IMG/VR virus record: IMGVR_UViG_2918987250_000001
Span: 32,001 to 96,000 of that record
DNA: 64,000 nucleotides
Direction: 5' to 3' (one strand)
DNA from: a virus
Lineage: Duplodnaviria; Caudoviricetes
Below the pieces are notes generated by a model, which saw nothing but the letters and a program-made list of their open reading frames with translations, had not been told where the DNA came from and did no database searches. The position numbers were made by a program, and so were the translations under genes. Positions 17,320-27,135 of this stretch are shown here, in pieces; positions within the stretch are counted from its first letter, which is position 1, and every line of letters starts with the position of its first letter.

Positions 17320-18045
17320 TCAGCGAACGTCGTCAATCCGCGACATCACCACGTCGCCCCAGCGCGCACGCGCCTTGGACTCGGGGAGGACCTGGTCGTC
17401 GTAGATCAGGCCCTTGAGCGCGTAGACGATGTTGGAGCGCTTCCCGACCTGCTCGAGGATCCACTCGTGATGCGCATCCTGGATCGGGGAGCCGGCGTAG
17501 CGCTGGTTCTTGAAGCGCTCGTCCTTGCCGACGTAGAGGATGCCGGACTGCCGATCCTTCCAGGTGTCGGACACGGCCGTCAGCAGGTCGAAATTGTAGA
17601 GGTGCGTCGGCCGCGGGAGATACTCCTTGCGGCACTTGCGCAGGGACCAGTGCATCGCGATCCCGATGTAGAGATCGTAGGGCATGCACAGGCCGTCGGC
17701 CATCTGCCGGGCCTTCCAGAGGCCGGCGCGGTCGGTGTTGCGCTTGGACAGGTCGAAGGGGTCCTCGGCCTTCACGCCCTTCACGTAGTCGGCCTTCGCG
17801 CGGTCGAAGGTCGAGGCATACATCTGCTTGTAGACGCGCCGGTAGGCGTCGGTGAACAGGTAGGTCGCGTGGACCGGGTGCATGAAGCGGTAGTCGAACC
17901 ACTTCGCGCCCATGAGCCAGAGCTCGGGCTCGACCCACTCCTTCGGGAGCGCGTGCATGATGTCGTGGCAGGTCTCGAGGGGCAGGTCGATCCCGAAGAC
18001 CGCCTGCTCCTCTCCCGTTGCCGCTTCCTGTGTGTCGGTGGTCAT
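17320..18045 (-). CDS. conserved phage hypothetical protein upstream of dnaB
   Basis: 241-aa ORF with KWFDYRFMHP and LPRPTHLY; phage codon usage. Confidence 0.75.
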   Translation of the reverse strand: MTTDTQEAATGEEQAVFGIDLPLETCHDIMHALPKEWVEPELWLMGAKWFDYRFMHPVHATYLFTDAYRRVYKQMYASTFDRAKADYVKGVKAEDPFDLSKRNTDRAGLWKARQMADGLCMPYDLYIGIAMHWSLRKCRKEYLPRPTHLYNFDLLTAVSDTWKDRQSGILYVGKDERFKNQRYAGSPIQDAHHEWILEQVGKRSNIVYALKGLIYDDQVLPESKARARWGDVVMSRIDDVR

Positions 18046-18046
18046 T

Positions 18047-18895
18047 CTACGCCTTGATGAAGCGCTTCAGCCCGTCGTCGCTGATCGCGTTGTCGTTGCT
18101 CTCGTCATAGCGAGCGACGCTCGGATCTTCGTCGTTCTCGTAGGCCTCGAGCACGTCCTGGCAGAAGCCGGAGCGGACCACGTCGGCGCGCGTGAAGCGC
18201 ATCACCCCGACCGAGCGGACCTGCTTCTTGCGCAGGCGATCGACGGCATCGAGCAGCCCGGACGGGCCGGGGATGTCCTTCTGAGCGGCGTCGCCGTTGA
18301 CGACCACGCGGCAGCCCTCGCCGATGCGGGTGAGGAACATCTTCATCTGACCGGGCGTGGTGTTCTGCGCCTCGTCGAGCAGCACGTCGGCATGCTTGAA
18401 GGTGGAGCCGCGCAGCAGGGCCAGCGGCCGAGCCTCGATCGTGCCGTTCTTGATGTGGCACTCGACGGCGCCGGCGCCCAGGACCTCGACCAGCGCCTCG
18501 CGCACGGGCCGGAAGTAGGGCTCATACTTCTCGTCCAGCTCGCCCGGCAGGAAGCCGAGGCTCTCGCCGGCCTCAACCGCAGGCCGAGTGATGATGATGC
18601 GCTCGATCTCGCGGTCGCGCAGACGCTCGGCCATGCGGGCGGCAGCGAACCAGGTCTTGCCGGTGCCTGCCGGGCCGAGGGCGAAGGTGAGCGTGTTGGC
18701 GACCATCAGGGCGTCGAACTGGCGCTGAGCGTCGTTGAGCGGCTCCACGCGGGTCTCACGGGGACGGGTGGGCGTCCGGGGCCGGCGGCGCTCGTCCTCG
18801 ATCACGAGCTTGAGGAGAGGCCCGTGGTCCCCGCGCTTCCCCTGGGAGCGGGCATTACGGGCGTTACGGTTGAGGGCCTTCTTGGCGTTGCTCAC
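18047..18895 (-). CDS. phoH: PhoH-family ATPase
   Basis: GPAGTGKT, ITRPAVEAGESLGFLPG, RGSTF, DEAQN, FLTRIG, GD..Q.D; GTG start with GGAG RBS. Confidence 0.93.
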   Translation of the reverse strand: MSNAKKALNRNARNARSQGKRGDHGPLLKLVIEDERRRPRTPTRPRETRVEPLNDAQRQFDALMVANTLTFALGPAGTGKTWFAAARMAERLRDREIERIIITRPAVEAGESLGFLPGELDEKYEPYFRPVREALVEVLGAGAVECHIKNGTIEARPLALLRGSTFKHADVLLDEAQNTTPGQMKMFLTRIGEGCRVVVNGDAAQKDIPGPSGLLDAVDRLRKKQVRSVGVMRFTRADVVRSGFCQDVLEAYENDEDPSVARYDESNDNAISDDGLKRFIKA

Positions 18896-18970
18896 GGGTT
18901 CGACTCCAAGGTCGGTGGGGATCAAGAGCGTGCTAGATAAGTAAGCACTGACTTATCATAGCACGCAAGC

Positions 18971-19561
18971 TCAGAGCTTTGATGCGGCGTCGAAAAGAGC
19001 CTGGAGCTGCGTGGCGTTCAGGTTGAGCTCCTCGGAGATCGCCTGGACGTAGGGGTTGGTGATCTCCCAGAAGGTCGCCGAGTCCCAGTAGATCTCCACC
19101 GGCGGATAGGGGTGGCCCTTCACGGCGGCGAGCGCGTGGTCGATCAGGCCGGCGTTGAACAGCGCCGTCTTCGCCTGCGCGGCCGAGACCTGGCGCACCT
19201 TGGGCGCGGGCCGGTCGTAGAAGGTGCCGGTGCCGATCTCGCAAAGCTTCTGCTCGAAGGGCTTGTGCGGCCGGTCCTCGTCGCCCTCGTAGCCGAGAAT
19301 CTCGATCAGCGTGTGCCCGGCCTGCGGGAACAGGAGCGAGGGGTCGCGCACGATGGACTGGACGAGAAGACCGTCCTCGGTCGGCATCAGCACGCCCTTG
19401 AGGCTGCCCTCAGTCCAGCTCTCGGGGTTGCGGGCGAAGACATACCAGTCGAGGCCGTCGGAGACGCGCCGCGCGAACATGGCCGAGGGCGGTGCGCCGG
19501 CCGGAGGCTCGTCCGGCACGTAGCGCTCCCAGATGCCGTGATCGATGATCTCGTAGCCCAT
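18971..19561 (-). CDS. putative tail fibre assembly chaperone
   Basis: Follows the tail fibre gene; DGLDWY, RQVSAAQAKTAL, LFDAA motifs typical of fibre-associated proteins. Confidence 0.6.
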   Translation of the reverse strand: MGYEIIDHGIWERYVPDEPPAGAPPSAMFARRVSDGLDWYVFARNPESWTEGSLKGVLMPTEDGLLVQSIVRDPSLLFPQAGHTLIEILGYEGDEDRPHKPFEQKLCEIGTGTFYDRPAPKVRQVSAAQAKTALFNAGLIDHALAAVKGHPYPPVEIYWDSATFWEITNPYVQAISEELNLNATQLQALFDAASKL

Positions 19562-19580
19562 GTGATCCTCTGCTCTCGTG

Positions 19581-19606
19581 AAAAGGGCGGCCCCTGCGGA
19601 CCGCCC
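19581..19606 (-). terminator. intrinsic terminator after tail fibre gene
   Basis: GGGCGG...CCGCCC-TTTT. Confidence 0.55.
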
Positions 19607-19634
19607 GTAAGTCAGTGGTGACTTATGCCGCGGC

Positions 19635-22600
19635 TCAGACGTAGCCGCAAGTATACCAGTTGCCCCAGGCGTCGCTCATCTGGAGATAGCGCCAGCGGCC
19701 ACCCTTCCACGAGTCCACGATGAACTGGTTCGAGGTCGTGTAGCGGCTGGTAAGCACGCCGCCGCCGTAGGGCTCGGCGAAGCTCTGGTTGATGTTCCAC
19801 TCGTTCGTCAGGTCGCCCGCGTAGGCCAGGCGGATCGACTTGTTGTTGACCACGGCGCGGATGTGTTCGTGGATGTCGCCCATCTGCTGCGACCACAGCG
19901 AGCCGTTCGGCCGGACCGCGAGTGCCACGCTGTCGTTGTCCGAGTTGCGGAACTGGAGCTCCGCGTTGTTGCGGACCAGCATGCCCCAGCGGTAGATGCC
20001 GCCCCACACGAGCTGGACCTCGGGGTGCTCCTTGCCGATGACGAGGTTGCCCGACATCTGGTCACCGGTCTTGGCGACGCGGTTGTTGGCGTTGTTGGTG
20101 ATCGAACCGAGACGGTCCGAAAGCCACCCGCCCCACATCGCGCCGTGGACGTTGCCGTCGGTGGCGAGAATAGCGCTGCCGTCGCCAGCGTAGACGTTGC
20201 CACGCGCGACGACGCCGCCGCCGAGATCGACCCGCATCAGCCAGTTGCCGCCGGTGTAATCCCAAAGGTAGGCGTTCGCGTTCTCGCGAACCTGCCAGCC
20301 GAGCTCCCGCACGCCGGGGTAGAGCATATGGACGGTCGGATACGCCTTCTGAATGGTGAGATCGCCCGTCATCGTGTCGCCGGTCTTCACCAGACGGTTG
20401 GCGAACTCGTTGCGCGCGACAGTCAGGCGATCGTTTGCCCAGTCGCGACCGCGCGCGTCGGCCCACGCATAGGCCCGATCCTCGATGCGGTTGTTCAGAT
20501 CGCCGAACTGCTTGGTCCACAGCGAGCCGTCGGTGCCGAACGAGAAGCGCACGTCGCCGTCATCGCCGTTGCGCAGGACGAGGTAGGCGTCGTTGCGGGC
20601 GGTCATCTGCCAGTGCTGAACGCCGCCATACCAGAGGGAGAGCGACGGCCAGGTGCCAGCCCCGCCCACGCCGCCGTTGCCCTCGATGCGCACGGTGTGA
20701 CCGACGGTCGGGTTGATGCGCGCGGCCTTGGCCCCGAACTGGTCCGACAGGTAGCCGAACATCGGCGTCCAGATGTTGCCGTCGTCGTAGGAGCGCAGAC
20801 TCCAGCCGGCTCCGCTATTCAGGAAGCCGATCGTCCCGCCGTTGTTGTGGACGTAGCGCGTGCCCTCGTCGGTGTCGCGCATCTCGATGTAGGAGTTGGT
20901 CTGCCCCTCGCCCACGACGACGCGGCCTGCGGTGCGCAGGTTGCCCTCGACGTAGATCTGGCCGCCGCTGTGGCTGCGGAACAGCCCATCCGCCTCAAAG
21001 CCCCAATACTTGAACGGATCGGCCGTCGTGCCTGCGCCGACGCGGAACCGCATGTTGTGGGTGTTGAGGTCGGAGTAGACGTAGCCCTGCCCGTTCCCGA
21101 GCAGCACGCCGTTGACGCGCGGCGTGGTGCCCTCGCGCACGACCTTCGTGCCGTTCGCGACAATCTCGGCGCCGGGCATGATGTAGTTGGCGCCGTCGAA
21201 GTAGACGTAGCGGTCGCTACGGCCGGCGAAATAGAGCACACCGGTGCCGTCCCCGCGGTTCGCGCCCAGGTCGCGGAACGTCACGGTGGCGCCGACGGAC
21301 GCCTTGGTGTTCGGGTCGAAGTTGCCCGGATACCAGACGTTCTGCCCGTTGACGCGCGGCACGCCCTTGGTGTCCCAGACGCCGGCGCGGCTGTCGTAGA
21401 AGCCGTTGACCGTGCCGTCGTAGGTCGCGAGCCCGAGGCCATACCAGAGCTGCATCTTGACGTTATGCGCGGTGTAGCTCGCGCCGTCGGCGTTGCCGAT
21501 CATGAACCGATTGGTTCCGTGAGCGCTGGCAAGCCCGATGTCACCCGACGAGCTGATCCCCGGCGCCGAGATGGCGCCCGTGAAGGCCTGGCCGGCGACG
21601 TTCGCCTTGGTGCCGGGGTTGAAGTTGGCCGACGTGTGAATGGTCGCGCCCCCGATGGTCGGGGCGACGTTGAAGTCGTAGCGGTAGCCGTTCTCGGCTG
21701 CGATCGTGACGACGCCGGCCGTGCCCCAGCCGATGTAGCCGTGACGCGTGCCGTCCGCGTGACGGAACTCGACATAGCCGGAGCGCTCCGCGTTGCCCTC
21801 GTTGAGACGCGACAAGCCGGTGCCGGAGTTCTGCGCCGTGAAGCTGCCGATGGCCGAAACCGCGCCCGTGAAGGCCTGACCGGCGACGTTGGCCTTGGTG
21901 TTCGGGTCGAAGTTGCCCCGCGTGAAGACCTCCTGGCCGCGTGCGAAAAACTTGCCCGAGACCGTGGAATATTCCCAGATCGAGCCGGCTAGGCTGTCAT
22001 AGGTGCCGATGCTGCCCGCGTTGGCATACTGGTAGACGTTGCGGTCGGCCAGGACATAACGCCAAGACTGCCTCTCGGCCACCGAGGCGTCCTGCACGAG
22101 AGTCGTGTTGGCGTTGTGCTTCGCGCTCGGGTTGAAGTTCAGGCTCGTCCAGACGCGATACCAGGCACCCCAGACGGCACCCGACTGGTTGCGGACATAG
22201 ATTTCCGGGGTGCCGGCGTTGAGGCGCGTGGCGCGCTGCTGGACGTAACCGTTGTCGCTCTGGTGCCGCTGGACCTCGATGTAATACCAGCTCGCGTCCG
22301 GCGCGTTCACGAGCCCGTTGCCGTCATAGAAGCCGGCCACCTTGACGGTGTCGAGGTCGGTGCCGACCGCGAGGTTCGTCGCGCGGGTGTAGGTGAGCCG
22401 GTCCGAGCGCACCATGCCCGTCGCCGTCACGTCGCCCGAGACCGTGCCGCCCGCCTTGTCGAACTTGGTCGAGAGCGCCGCGTTCACGTCCGAGCGCAGG
22501 CCATCGAGCGCGCCCTGGAGCCCGGCCACGTCGCCGATGGCGATGCCGAGCGCCGCCTTCAGGCCGGCAGCCGTGATCGCGCCGGTGAGGCCCGCGACCG

Positions 22601-23420
22601 AGAGAACGGCGTCGGTCGGCGTCAGCAGCTCCTTCCAGTTGGCGAGCGTCGTCGCCGGCTCGCGCTGGAGGATGAAGCAGCGGTTGAGGTCCGAACGGAT
22701 CGCGATGTCGCCGCGCTCGGCGTCGAGCGCCAGCATTGCGGCCTGGGTCGCGACCGGGAAGGTGTCGGTGATCGCCACAGCCGGGATCGTCGAGGCGTCG
22801 AGCTTGCCGTCGGCGCCGAGCACCGGGAGCTGGCCTGCGGCGTTGCCGGCGTTGCGGGCCGCGGCCGTGCCGAGCTGCGCCTTCGTGGCGCGCGTGTCGA
22901 TGTCGGCCTGGAGCGCGCTGCGGGCGCCGGAGAGGTCGCTCGCCAGCTTGTCGGTCGCGGTCTTCATGTCGGCGCGCACCTGCGCGTCGGCCGCGGCGAA
23001 GTCGGTGCGAACAGCGGTGTCCTTGGCCGCTTCCTCGGTCTTCGTGGCGCGGGTCGCCACATCGGCCGCGAGCGCGTCGATCTGGGTCTTCACCGAGCCA
23101 TCGAGGCCGCCCAGCGCGTCAGCCAGCTCGGTCTTGGTCGCGCGCGTGTTCACGTCGTCCTGGAGCTCGGCCAGGCTCTCGGAGACGGAGCCGCCCATCG
23201 CGCCCAGCGCGTCCTGGAGCTCCTGGTGCGCCGTCGCGCCGATGGCATCGAGCGCCGCCTGGAGCTCGTTCACGTCCTCGATCTGGAGGACCGTGCGCAG
23301 CCACACGAGGATGTCGCCGACGCTGATGCGCACGTCGCCGTCGTTCTGGACCGCAGCCCAGAAGTCCTCCGACCCGAGCGCAACGACCGGGTTCTCTTCA
23401 CTCGCCTTGCGATATGCCAC
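19635..23420 (-). CDS. long tail fibre protein
   Basis: 1261 aa; N-terminal coiled coil, pyocin-knob-like GFY...NAP..WYYIEV, repeated NFDPNTK and KTGD.M.G.L modules. Confidence 0.85.
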   Translation of the reverse strand: MAYRKASEENPVVALGSEDFWAAVQNDGDVRISVGDILVWLRTVLQIEDVNELQAALDAIGATAHQELQDALGAMGGSVSESLAELQDDVNTRATKTELADALGGLDGSVKTQIDALAADVATRATKTEEAAKDTAVRTDFAAADAQVRADMKTATDKLASDLSGARSALQADIDTRATKAQLGTAAARNAGNAAGQLPVLGADGKLDASTIPAVAITDTFPVATQAAMLALDAERGDIAIRSDLNRCFILQREPATTLANWKELLTPTDAVLSVAGLTGAITAAGLKAALGIAIGDVAGLQGALDGLRSDVNAALSTKFDKAGGTVSGDVTATGMVRSDRLTYTRATNLAVGTDLDTVKVAGFYDGNGLVNAPDASWYYIEVQRHQSDNGYVQQRATRLNAGTPEIYVRNQSGAVWGAWYRVWTSLNFNPSAKHNANTTLVQDASVAERQSWRYVLADRNVYQYANAGSIGTYDSLAGSIWEYSTVSGKFFARGQEVFTRGNFDPNTKANVAGQAFTGAVSAIGSFTAQNSGTGLSRLNEGNAERSGYVEFRHADGTRHGYIGWGTAGVVTIAAENGYRYDFNVAPTIGGATIHTSANFNPGTKANVAGQAFTGAISAPGISSSGDIGLASAHGTNRFMIGNADGASYTAHNVKMQLWYGLGLATYDGTVNGFYDSRAGVWDTKGVPRVNGQNVWYPGNFDPNTKASVGATVTFRDLGANRGDGTGVLYFAGRSDRYVYFDGANYIMPGAEIVANGTKVVREGTTPRVNGVLLGNGQGYVYSDLNTHNMRFRVGAGTTADPFKYWGFEADGLFRSHSGGQIYVEGNLRTAGRVVVGEGQTNSYIEMRDTDEGTRYVHNNGGTIGFLNSGAGWSLRSYDDGNIWTPMFGYLSDQFGAKAARINPTVGHTVRIEGNGGVGGAGTWPSLSLWYGGVQHWQMTARNDAYLVLRNGDDGDVRFSFGTDGSLWTKQFGDLNNRIEDRAYAWADARGRDWANDRLTVARNEFANRLVKTGDTMTGDLTIQKAYPTVHMLYPGVRELGWQVRENANAYLWDYTGGNWLMRVDLGGGVVARGNVYAGDGSAILATDGNVHGAMWGGWLSDRLGSITNNANNRVAKTGDQMSGNLVIGKEHPEVQLVWGGIYRWGMLVRNNAELQFRNSDNDSVALAVRPNGSLWSQQMGDIHEHIRAVVNNKSIRLAYAGDLTNEWNINQSFAEPYGGGVLTSRYTTSNQFIVDSWKGGRWRYLQMSDAWGNWYTCGYV

Positions 23421-23445
23421 CGCTCTTGTTCCTTTGTGTCGGGGT

Positions 23446-24318
23446 CTAGTTCACGTCGCGTTCGGTCTGCCGAACGTCGCCGCTCTGGGTCTCGCGGATG
23501 TCATCGGACTGGGTGCGCCGGTAGGTGATCGGCGGCTCCATGGTCGCGCTCACGATGGCGAGGCTCGAGGCCGTGCCGGTGAGCTGCTTGCGGATGCGCT
23601 CGTCGCCGGTCATGAGGCCCTGGCCGCTCGTCGCGGCGACCAGGAGCTTCGCGACGGTGAGTGCCCCGGCCGGTGCGCTCAGAGCGTGCGCAGAGCCCGT
23701 GAGCTGCTTTTCGGTGAGCAGGGTCGCGAGCGTGTGCGCGGACCCGTCTGAGAGCGCTCCCAGCAGCTTCTCGGTGCGCATCGTCGCGACAGCAGCAGCA
23801 TGCCCGGCAGCGCGCGTCACGAACAGCTTCTCGATCAGCGGGTTCGCCGCGACCGATGCGTAGCCATGCACGGTCGGAGCGCCGAGGATCTTCTCGACGG
23901 TGAGACGCACGTCGGCCGACGGGATACCGCGGGCGGTCGCCGTCAGCTCCTTGGCGATGTGAATGGTTGCGGCGCCCTCGGCCTGGCCTGCCGCCCAAGT
24001 GCGCAGGTTCTTGCGCACGAGGAGCTGGCTCGCGACCGTGGACTTGCCCGTCATCACGCCGTCGAAGACGCGCGGGCTCATCTCGGCGTAGACGTGCGCG
24101 GAGCCGCGCGCCGTCTCGCCCTTGAGGATCTTCTCGACCCGCAGGCGCAGGTCGAAGCGAGGGGCGCCACCGGCGCGGCCCTCGAGCATGTCGAAGCGCT
24201 TCTCGACGAGAAGGCGCCCCCTCGCCTCGCAGTAGCCCAGGGCGGCGCCGGACAGCGCAAAGCGACTGCCGTTGAACCGGCGCGCCGCAATTCCCTGGAA
24301 GCTGGAGGCGAGCATCAT
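23446..24318 (-). CDS. hypothetical virion-associated repeat protein
   Basis: Repeated EK(I/L)L...G modules; in the tail fibre operon. Confidence 0.6.
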   Translation of the reverse strand: MMLASSFQGIAARRFNGSRFALSGAALGYCEARGRLLVEKRFDMLEGRAGGAPRFDLRLRVEKILKGETARGSAHVYAEMSPRVFDGVMTGKSTVASQLLVRKNLRTWAAGQAEGAATIHIAKELTATARGIPSADVRLTVEKILGAPTVHGYASVAANPLIEKLFVTRAAGHAAAVATMRTEKLLGALSDGSAHTLATLLTEKQLTGSAHALSAPAGALTVAKLLVAATSGQGLMTGDERIRKQLTGTASSLAIVSATMEPPITYRRTQSDDIRETQSGDVRQTERDVN

Positions 24319-24330
24319 CAGGCCGAAGGC

Positions 24331-24738
24331 TTAGTCTTCGGTGATCGAGAGGGAGCCGACCGGGAAGCTCACCGGGTTCGTGGTGTTGATGGTCTGCGTG
24401 CCACCCGTGAGCGGGCTCGTGTAGAGCAGGTTGCCGCCGTCCTGCTGCGAGAACAGGGCGAAGTGGGTGACGTTGGTGCCGCCCTTCGAGTTGCCGAAGT
24501 CCACGATCGCCGAGTTGGAGATCGTCTTGTTGGCGATGGCGCCGAAGGTGGCCTGCACGCGGCCGGCGTCGCGGATCGACTTCGTGACCTCAGTGCCGCC
24601 CGAGGCGTCGTCCAGCGGGTCGCCGTTCCAGAGGGCGACAAAGACGCCGCCGGGCGCGGCCGGGAAGGCGACGCCCTTGACGTAGTTCAGCAGTGCATTT
24701 TCGAGAAAGGCGCTCTTGCCGGCCATCGAGTTCTCCAT
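24331..24738 (-). CDS. small phage tail/structural protein
   Basis: SAFLENALLN...VFVALW.GDP....GTEV...THFALF..GGNLL. Confidence 0.7.
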   Translation of the reverse strand: MENSMAGKSAFLENALLNYVKGVAFPAAPGGVFVALWNGDPLDDASGGTEVTKSIRDAGRVQATFGAIANKTISNSAIVDFGNSKGGTNVTHFALFSQQDGGNLLYTSPLTGGTQTINTTNPVSFPVGSLSITED

Positions 24739-24793
24739 TGAGCCGGCGATGGCCGGCGATGCGCAGGGTTGGACTGCGCACCAGGATACTCGC

Positions 24794-25147
24794 TCAGGCG
24801 AGATAAGTCAGCACTGACTTACCGAAGGGGCGATAAAGAAACCACCACGCGGCCAGGTAGACGAGCACCGAGGCAATCGTGGGCGTGATCCACTGCCAGC
24901 GGTTCGAGCCGGACCAGGCGAAGAAGAGCGCGGTGCCGAGCCAGGCCAGGAAGGGGTTCCAGCCCCGGCGCTTCAGGTCGTGCTCCCGCTGCCCGGCCTC
25001 CCGGCCGTAGAAGAAGGCGGAGACGATGACGGCGCCGACCAGCGTGCCGTTGAGCTCGAACAGCGGGTAGAGACCGAGTCCGAGGAGCGCGGTGTAGAGG
25101 GCCGCGAGCAGAAAGTGGGTGATGAGAGGGAACTTCAGAAGAAACAT
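24794..25147 (-). CDS. membrane protein
   Basis: Four hydrophobic segments, FYGREAGQ.E. Confidence 0.65.
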   Translation of the reverse strand: MFLLKFPLITHFLLAALYTALLGLGLYPLFELNGTLVGAVIVSAFFYGREAGQREHDLKRRGWNPFLAWLGTALFFAWSGSNRWQWITPTIASVLVYLAAWWFLYRPFGKSVLTYLA

Positions 25148-25167
25148 GGTTTAGCTCCGGGAGTGAA

Positions 25168-25234
25168 ATCCAAGTCCATCGCGCTGTATATAGAATATAT
25201 CTTATAGATATACTTACTACATACAGGCCGATGG
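25168..25234. repeat. AT-rich element flanked by CCATCG..CTGT inverted arms (copy 1)
   Basis: ATCCAAGTCCATCGCGCTGTA is the exact reverse complement of 53289-53309. Confidence 0.85.
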
Positions 25235-25252
25235 CGTTCTACGTCCGGCTCC

Positions 25253-25570
25253 TCACTGAGGCGTCCGGGCGAAATTTGCGCGCACATCTTCGATCCAGGA
25301 CACGGCCCGGTCCCCGCACTGGGTCTTCGCCCGGTCCAGGATCTTGGCCTCCCCGATGATCCGCTTCACGTCGGCGCGGGTGAGCGCCCGGTCGGGGATC
25401 TCGGGGAAGGCCCGGTGCAGGCATTCGGCGACGCCCTCGGGCGCGGCCGGCAGCGTGACGCGGAAGGTGGGGCCGAACGGATCGACCGCGGCCGGTCCGT
25501 TAGAGGTTACGCAGGCGGCGAGCGTCGTCGCCATCAAGGCACTCGCGAGCGCCATCCTTACCCTGTTCAT
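25253..25570 (-). CDS. o-spanin (Rz1-like lipoprotein)
   Basis: Signal peptide with lipobox LAAC; overlaps the 3' end of the i-spanin gene. Confidence 0.75.
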   Translation of the reverse strand: MNRVRMALASALMATTLAACVTSNGPAAVDPFGPTFRVTLPAAPEGVAECLHRAFPEIPDRALTRADVKRIIGEAKILDRAKTQCGDRAVSWIEDVRANFARTPQ

Positions 25571-25940
25571 CGAGCATCCTCTTCAGCTTGGCGTTGTCGG
25601 CACGCTCACGCGCGAGGTCGCGGGTGAGGCGATCGGCCTGGGAGCGGTCGATCTTGTCGGAGCGGGCCTGGCGCTGATCCTCGGCGCTCTGAGCCCGGCT
25701 TGCGGCGAGCTCGGTGGCTTCGCGCGCACCCTGGATGTGCCCGGACCCAAAGGAAGCGCCGGCCACGATGAGCAAGGAGCCGAGCGCGATCAGACCGCGC
25801 CTGGCGAAGTTCGGGAGGAAGGCGAGGCCACCGAAGGCCAGCGCGATGAAGCCGAGCCCGGTGAGCACGGCGAGCATGGCCGGCGGCGAGAACGCCGCCC
25901 AGGCGTTGACCAGGCCGGGGAGACCGAAGCGATCGAGCAT
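25500..25940 (-). CDS. i-spanin (Rz-like)
   Basis: N-terminal TM segments then a coiled coil; follows the endolysin. Confidence 0.7.
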   Translation of the reverse strand: MLDRFGLPGLVNAWAAFSPPAMLAVLTGLGFIALAFGGLAFLPNFARRGLIALGSLLIVAGASFGSGHIQGAREATELAASRAQSAEDQRQARSDKIDRSQADRLTRDLARERADNAKLKRMLDEQGKDGARECLDGDDARRLRNL

Positions 25941-26443
25941 CACTTCAGGCCCTCGAGGCACTTGGCCCGCTCACGCTCGCGACGCAGCGTCAGGCCGCGG
26001 ACCGGCTGCATCTTGCCGTTCACGCGGGCCTTGTTCCACATCAGGATCGCGTCGCAGGCGCCCTTGTAGTCGCCCGCGTTGTAGCGGCGCACGATGGTGG
26101 AGCCGCAGAACCCGCCCGAGCCGATGTTGTAGGCGGTGCCGGTGAAGGCCACGAGCGTCAGATCGCTCATGGGCTTCTTCACGCACTGCTCGACCTTGCC
26201 TGCGAACTCGTCGAGGCGCTTGAGAAGCAGCTCGTCGCACTGGGCCTTGGTGTAGGTCTGACCCATCTTGGCGTTCTGGGTCTCGCCGTAGCAGTAGGTC
26301 GGGACGCCGACGATGTCCTTGTAGGTCTTCAGGCGAAGGCCCTCGTCCTGCCCGACATCCTTGACGGCCATGGTGCCGGCGACGGTGGCCGCGAGAACGA
26401 CCGCGCCGAAGAAGCCCCGCTTCTTGGTGACGAGGCGGCTCAC
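25940..26443 (-). CDS. GH24 lysozyme, probable SAR endolysin
   Basis: E-x8-D-x5-T triad (DEGLRLKTYKDIVGVPTYCYG), YNIG, GLTLRRERE; Gly/Ala-rich N-terminal hydrophobic helix. Confidence 0.92.
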   Translation of the reverse strand: MSRLVTKKRGFFGAVVLAATVAGTMAVKDVGQDEGLRLKTYKDIVGVPTYCYGETQNAKMGQTYTKAQCDELLLKRLDEFAGKVEQCVKKPMSDLTLVAFTGTAYNIGSGGFCGSTIVRRYNAGDYKGACDAILMWNKARVNGKMQPVRGLTLRRERERAKCLEGLK

Positions 26444-26685
26444 GACTGGGCCTCCTCATCCTTGGCCGGGATGCCGTCCAGCTCGTGCTGCTTCACGAGG
26501 CGAACCCACATCGACAGGGCCGTGAGCACGACGCCGATGACGGCGAAGTGGACGGGGTCGATCGGCGGCTTGCCGGCCAGCGTGTTGAAACCGACCTCGA
26601 GGCCGGCGAGCGCGACGCTCAGCGCATCGATGCGGATCGACCAAGCCCGCTTGAGGATCTTCTTCCAGTCGGGGTGCAGCTTCAT
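26440..26685 (-). CDS. putative holin
   Basis: 81 aa, two TM segments, WKKILKRAWS.., RLVKQ; directly upstream of the endolysin. Confidence 0.65.
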   Translation of the reverse strand: MKLHPDWKKILKRAWSIRIDALSVALAGLEVGFNTLAGKPPIDPVHFAVIGVVLTALSMWVRLVKQHELDGIPAKDEEAQS

Positions 26686-26718
26686 CGTGTTCTCTCCTGA
26701 TGAGTCAGCGCTGACTTA

Positions 26719-27066
26719 CTACGGCACCCAGAACTTGAAGATGCCGATGGCCGTGGAGACCATTCCGAGGACGCCGCCGATCAGGGCGCCGAGGCCGGCG
26801 ATGGCCGTCCAGCCGCCGCGGTAGCGGACGACCAGACCCTTAAGCTCGGCGATCTCGTTCTTGGCCGTGGTGAGTTCGGTCTTGGTCTTCTCGAGTTCGC
26901 CCTGCGTGCTGGCGAGCTTGAAGGAGGTCTCGACGAGCTGGAGCTTCACATCGACAAGCTCGCCGTTGACGGCCTTGATTTCATTGCGCGCCTCGGTGAC
27001 GGAGGCGACGAGGATTTCCATCCGGGCGATCAGGCCGGCGAGATGGGCGTTGGGGTCGGCCGGCAT
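26719..27066 (-). CDS. coiled-coil protein with C-terminal TM (lysis cassette)
   Basis: Heptad repeats then a hydrophobic C-terminus. Confidence 0.65.
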   Translation of the reverse strand: MPADPNAHLAGLIARMEILVASVTEARNEIKAVNGELVDVKLQLVETSFKLASTQGELEKTKTELTTAKNEIAELKGLVVRYRGGWTAIAGLGALIGGVLGMVSTAIGIFKFWVP

Positions 27067-27135
27067 GGTTGTCTCCCGAGGAGATAAGTCAGTGATGACT
27101 TATTATTGCACGGGAACCACGAGCGGCGAAACCCG

